Shown piece by piece: positions 14,778 to 17,768 of a DNA stretch of 17,768 nt. The stretch comes from an uncultured archaeon (lineage in GTDB: Archaea; Asgardarchaeota; Thorarchaeia; Thorarchaeales; Thorarchaeaceae). The stretch spans positions 1 through 17,768 of the forward strand of contig CAZPWM010000064.1 of the NCBI GenBank assembly GCA_964590575.1. The letters are read 5' to 3'. The stretch's first letter is position 1, and each line of letters starts with the position of its first letter. The position numbers and the translations under genes were made by a program. The notes under the pieces are model-generated. The model was not told where the DNA came from, did not search any database, and saw nothing but the letters and a program-made list of their open reading frames with translations.

Positions 14778-15245
14778 TCATGTTGAATCTTCTAGAAGTC
14801 TTTCATTTCTACCAGGAAATTCGTCTGATGTTGCAGGTCTGAACTTAGGACGTCTCATCATATGGAGTAGTTTTCGCGTAGGCTCTAACCAATCTGGATT
14901 GATTCGCCATTCTGCCCAATCAATCCCCGAAGTCAATGATGTTCTACTCAAGATTAACCGTGAAGATACAAGTTCGTTCATTCCATTCAACATTGTACCG
15001 ATTGTTACAGCCCCCACAATTGGTCGTTCTTGACGAGCTGCTCTCAAAAGGTCTGCAGTTGTGACCCAACTGCCATCCTCAATGAGGACTTTCAGAACCC
15101 TTGATCTAACCTGGTCAGATTCAAGTGCTCCCTTTAATGGAGCGAGATTGATTGGTTGAAGCCGACGAGTAGTGACCTCAGGCCTTGACCAAGCATCCTG
15201 GTCATGATCATCGTGGAATGAACTAAAGTCCATACTATGCACCAA
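14778..15245 (-). CDS. Hypothetical protein, possible winged-helix domain
   Basis: VRSRVLKVLIEDGSWVTTADLL...VGAVTIGTMLNGM...EWRINPDW resembles a wHTH. A TTCTTTTT tract follows the stop. Start uncertain (ATG 15239 or 15233). Confidence 0.55.
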   Translation of the reverse strand: MVHSMDFSSFHDDHDQDAWSRPEVTTRRLQPINLAPLKGALESDQVRSRVLKVLIEDGSWVTTADLLRAARQERPIVGAVTIGTMLNGMNELVSSRLILSRTSLTSGIDWAEWRINPDWLEPTRKLLHMMRRPKFRPATSDEFPGRNERLLEDST

Positions 15246-15302
15246 TCCAAACTCGTAACCAATCCTTTTGAACCGAAGTATTATCGCGAGTATTTGGATT
15301 TC

Positions 15303-15335
15303 GGTTGTGCGTGTTCATTACACAACCTTAAAAAC
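15303..15335 (+). promoter_or_regulatory. Inverted repeat GGTTGTG-N11-CACAACC abutting a TATA box (TTAAAAA)
   Basis: Perfect 7-bp arms at 15303-15309 and 15321-15327, directly upstream of the HTH gene promoter. Confidence 0.55.
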
Positions 15336-15354
15336 ACTCCACATTCATGTCTTT

Positions 15355-15741
15355 ATGATTGCGATGAGCGTAAGAGAACCACTAGTTGGTCTTTTCAGCA
15401 AGAGCTTTGAAAAACCATCTGACTTGTTATGTTGTGCATTTGGTCTTCGAAACAGTGAGATTGACACATACTTTTCATTGATTGATGGCCCAAAGACAGT
15501 TGAGCAGATAAGCGAGTTCATCGGAAAAGATAGAAGCACTGTCCAGCGTGTTTTGAACAAACTTCACAAGAAGAACCTAGTTGATCGCACGACTCATTTC
15601 ATCGAGAGGGGTGGGTACTACTATCAATATAGTGCCAAATCAACTGAAAAAATACGGAAAGAGATTCTAAATCAATTAGATGAATGGTATGAAGCAACCA
15701 AAAGCTTCTTGTTGCAGAGCTGGCCGCGAACGCCTCAATGA
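15355..15741 (+). CDS. TrmB-like HTH transcriptional regulator
   Basis: DLLCCAFGLRNSEIDTY, TVEQISEFIGKDRSTVQRVLNKL, GGYYYQY. Start ATG 15355 or 15364. Confidence 0.8.
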   Translation: MIAMSVREPLVGLFSKSFEKPSDLLCCAFGLRNSEIDTYFSLIDGPKTVEQISEFIGKDRSTVQRVLNKLHKKNLVDRTTHFIERGGYYYQYSAKSTEKIRKEILNQLDEWYEATKSFLLQSWPRTPQ

Positions 15742-15765
15742 TTTCGTGAATTGAGGGACGTCCTG

Positions 15766-16338
15766 ATGGAACTTATACCTCTTCGGAAAAATACTGTTGC
15801 TCTAACGACACTCGCGACGATTGCTGCCCTTGGAATTGTTGTGCGGGTCTTTATCCACATTCCTGTAATTCCTGGTGTTGTTGATTTAACTCCCGGTTTT
15901 CTTTTCTCGCTCCTTGGAGGTGTGGTTGGAGGTCTACCTGGGGGTATTCTTGTAGGTGCAATAACTGGCTTGGGCGGTGCGATGGTATTAACTGAGCCCC
16001 CTTTGTTACCAATGATTGGAAATATCTGCTTAGGCATTGGTGCTGGATATGCTCTGCATCTTGTTAATAACCGCGATAGTTACAGGTATTACTTGATGCT
16101 CATGATTGGAGCACCAATAATTGGAGGTTTTATCCCGACCTTCGTCATTTCACTTCTTTATTTTGACCCTCTTGGAATAGTAGTAGCAGCTGCAATTGCT
16201 GATACAATCCAGACGCTCATCTGGGTTCTTCCTGCATTACTAATTGAGAAGTATATCATTCGTCCCCTTATAGGACATTATATCTATCCTGAAACTCAAC
16301 AGCTTGAACTCACAGAAACAGAAGGTGGCTTATCATAA
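15766..16338 (+). CDS. ECF transporter S component (substrate unknown)
   Basis: ALTTLATIAALG, IPVIPG..DLTPG, LGG..GG..GG..VGAI and about 6 TM helices. GAGGG RBS precedes ATG 15766. Confidence 0.7.
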   Translation: MELIPLRKNTVALTTLATIAALGIVVRVFIHIPVIPGVVDLTPGFLFSLLGGVVGGLPGGILVGAITGLGGAMVLTEPPLLPMIGNICLGIGAGYALHLVNNRDSYRYYLMLMIGAPIIGGFIPTFVISLLYFDPLGIVVAAAIADTIQTLIWVLPALLIEKYIIRPLIGHYIYPETQQLELTETEGGLS

Positions 16339-17000
16339 ACGGTTCTGAAAAAGGAAAAAAGACCATTGAAATCGATATCCGCAAGGACCTTTTCGGTGCC
16401 AATGAAAATGCAGCAGCTCTCAATGCTGCCACTTTCAAAAAATATGGTATTGTTTCAGTTGATATCATGGGGTCTGTTGGAACCGGAAAAACCCAATTAA
16501 TTGAATCCCTTTGTGAGCAGCTTCGGGAGAAGTATCGTATCCTCATGTTTGCTGGAGACTTAGCCACGACCATTGATGCAGACCGCGTGGCCTCACATGG
16601 CGTTGATACCGTCCAAATCAATACCGGAACTGCGTGCCATCTGGATGCACGGATGATCAAAGTAGCGCTTCAGAAGGTCGACTTGAAAGATTATCAGGTG
16701 GTCTTCATAGAAAATGTTGGGAATCTGATCTGTCCAGCTGGATATTCGCTGGGTGTAGACAAGAAGATTGTTGTTGTGAGCGTAACCGAAGGTCCTTACA
16801 TGATTCGAAAACACCCGCTTACGATAAAACACGCAGATATGATCATCATTAACAAAATTGATCTCGCAAAAACTCTAGAGTTCGACATTGATGCTTTGGA
16901 ATCTGACATTCGCGAAGTCGATGCAAAAATGCCCGTATTTCGAGTAAGCTCAAAGACTGGAGAGGGTATCAGCAAATTGATTGAGGCTTTGGGTCTCTGA
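16335..17000 (+). CDS. hypB: Hydrogenase nickel incorporation GTPase HypB
   Basis: GSVGTGKT, CHLDA, ENVGNLICPA, NKID. HypB-like N-terminal sequence (DIRKDLFGANENAAALN...F) lies in frame upstream of ATG 16467, so the start is inferred at ATA 16335. Confidence 0.9.
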   Translation: MNGSEKGKKTIEIDIRKDLFGANENAAALNAATFKKYGIVSVDIMGSVGTGKTQLIESLCEQLREKYRILMFAGDLATTIDADRVASHGVDTVQINTGTACHLDARMIKVALQKVDLKDYQVVFIENVGNLICPAGYSLGVDKKIVVVSVTEGPYMIRKHPLTIKHADMIIINKIDLAKTLEFDIDALESDIREVDAKMPVFRVSSKTGEGISKLIEALGL

Positions 17001-17005
17001 TATAA

Positions 17006-17674
17006 CTAATGTAGCATCAGTTCTAAAGCTGTTTTGACACCTTGTATATGACCTGCCCCCAAGACTGCGACTATCTTTCCCTCAACATCATTCAAGATGT
17101 GATGCAATGCTTTTGCGACATAATGGTCTCTTTGCTCGATGAGGACATTCGCCAAACTTGGGAACTCCTCTCTGAATTGTTTCATCAGGTCGTCAACAGC
17201 TCCGTCCTCTTTGAGCATTGCAAGCAAGTCACTTGCATCACCATTTTCAATATCCTTTGTTGCATCTGGCAACATGCTGGTTAATCTGTACATCTCATCC
17301 ACAGGCACTTGCATCATAGCCTGCACAGTTGCGGTCATAGGACGGTCTACTAGAGCAATCTTTGCTCCGATGGCTCTACCCTCTTCTATTGCTGCAAGCA
17401 TCTCATCTCCCACGTCAGACCCGGTGATGTTTCCTAAGCTCCTTTCTAATATCGCAAGTTGCTGCATCAAATCTTGTGCCATATCCCCTGCGCCTAGAGT
17501 CACAACCTCACCATCTTCGGGAGGATTCATCAGTTGGTGGTATCTATCGCGGTCCAATTCCACGGCTACAACATCAGGCTTGGTTTCTCTAACTACGCGT
17601 CTTGCTTCTTCTACACTCTCAACGTCTGTATGTATCACAGCTACGAATACTATCCGGTCTGATTCACCAGCCAC
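17006..17674 (-). CDS. TraB/PrgY (TIKI-like) family protein, soluble short form
   Basis: VIHT, PDVVAVELD..R, EMLAAIE, LVDR, EQRDHY, VAVLGAGHIQG. Confidence 0.85.
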   Translation of the reverse strand: MAGESDRIVFVAVIHTDVESVEEARRVVRETKPDVVAVELDRDRYHQLMNPPEDGEVVTLGAGDMAQDLMQQLAILERSLGNITGSDVGDEMLAAIEEGRAIGAKIALVDRPMTATVQAMMQVPVDEMYRLTSMLPDATKDIENGDASDLLAMLKEDGAVDDLMKQFREEFPSLANVLIEQRDHYVAKALHHILNDVEGKIVAVLGAGHIQGVKTALELMLH

Positions 17675-17768
17675 TCAAAGACACGCTCAAAACATAGATG
17701 ACACACCAAGATATCTTCTTTTTGTAGCGCTCAATTTTGATAGTAAACGTTTATTGGTTGATGATGTT

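Noticed and set aside
15244-15300. Gapped inverted repeat AATCCAAA-CTCG / CGAG-TA-TTTGGATT
   Set aside because: Needs a 2-nt gap in AT-rich sequence; too weak to call.
6732-17284. Antisense or alternative-frame ORFs over tnpB and housekeeping genes (e.g. 6732-7214, 13658-13999, 16310-16660)
   Set aside because: They overlap confidently assigned genes and lack recognisable features.

Overview
This is an archaeal window, most likely Asgard (Thorarchaeia-like by inference from TFB, DGGGP synthase, a longin-domain protein, Yip1, TATA boxes and GGTGA ribosome-binding sites). Most of 8.5-17.7 kb is housekeeping: Trm11/TrmG10, endonuclease IV, DUF6125, DGGGP synthase, Yip1, two ECF S components, HTH regulators, HypB and TraB. 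Between tfb and the longin gene lies an ~8 kb accessory block with no recognisable transposase. It holds a giant 1882-aa protein (RecB-type PD-(D/E)XK nuclease, degenerate RecA-like ATPase fold, TPR-like tail) transcribed divergently from a TnpB/Cas12f-like nuclease with a Fanzor-type rearranged RuvC site. The TnpB 3' tail overlaps a ~340-nt densely base-paired RNA. That RNA's 3' end is complementary to a short segment in the tnpB 5' leader, which is followed by a 14-nt exact copy of the tnpB TATA-box region. The best hypothesis is a split (tracr/crRNA-like) guide RNA that autoregulates its own promoter, coupled to a giant nuclease partner. All pairings were found by eye; no folding or database searches were run.
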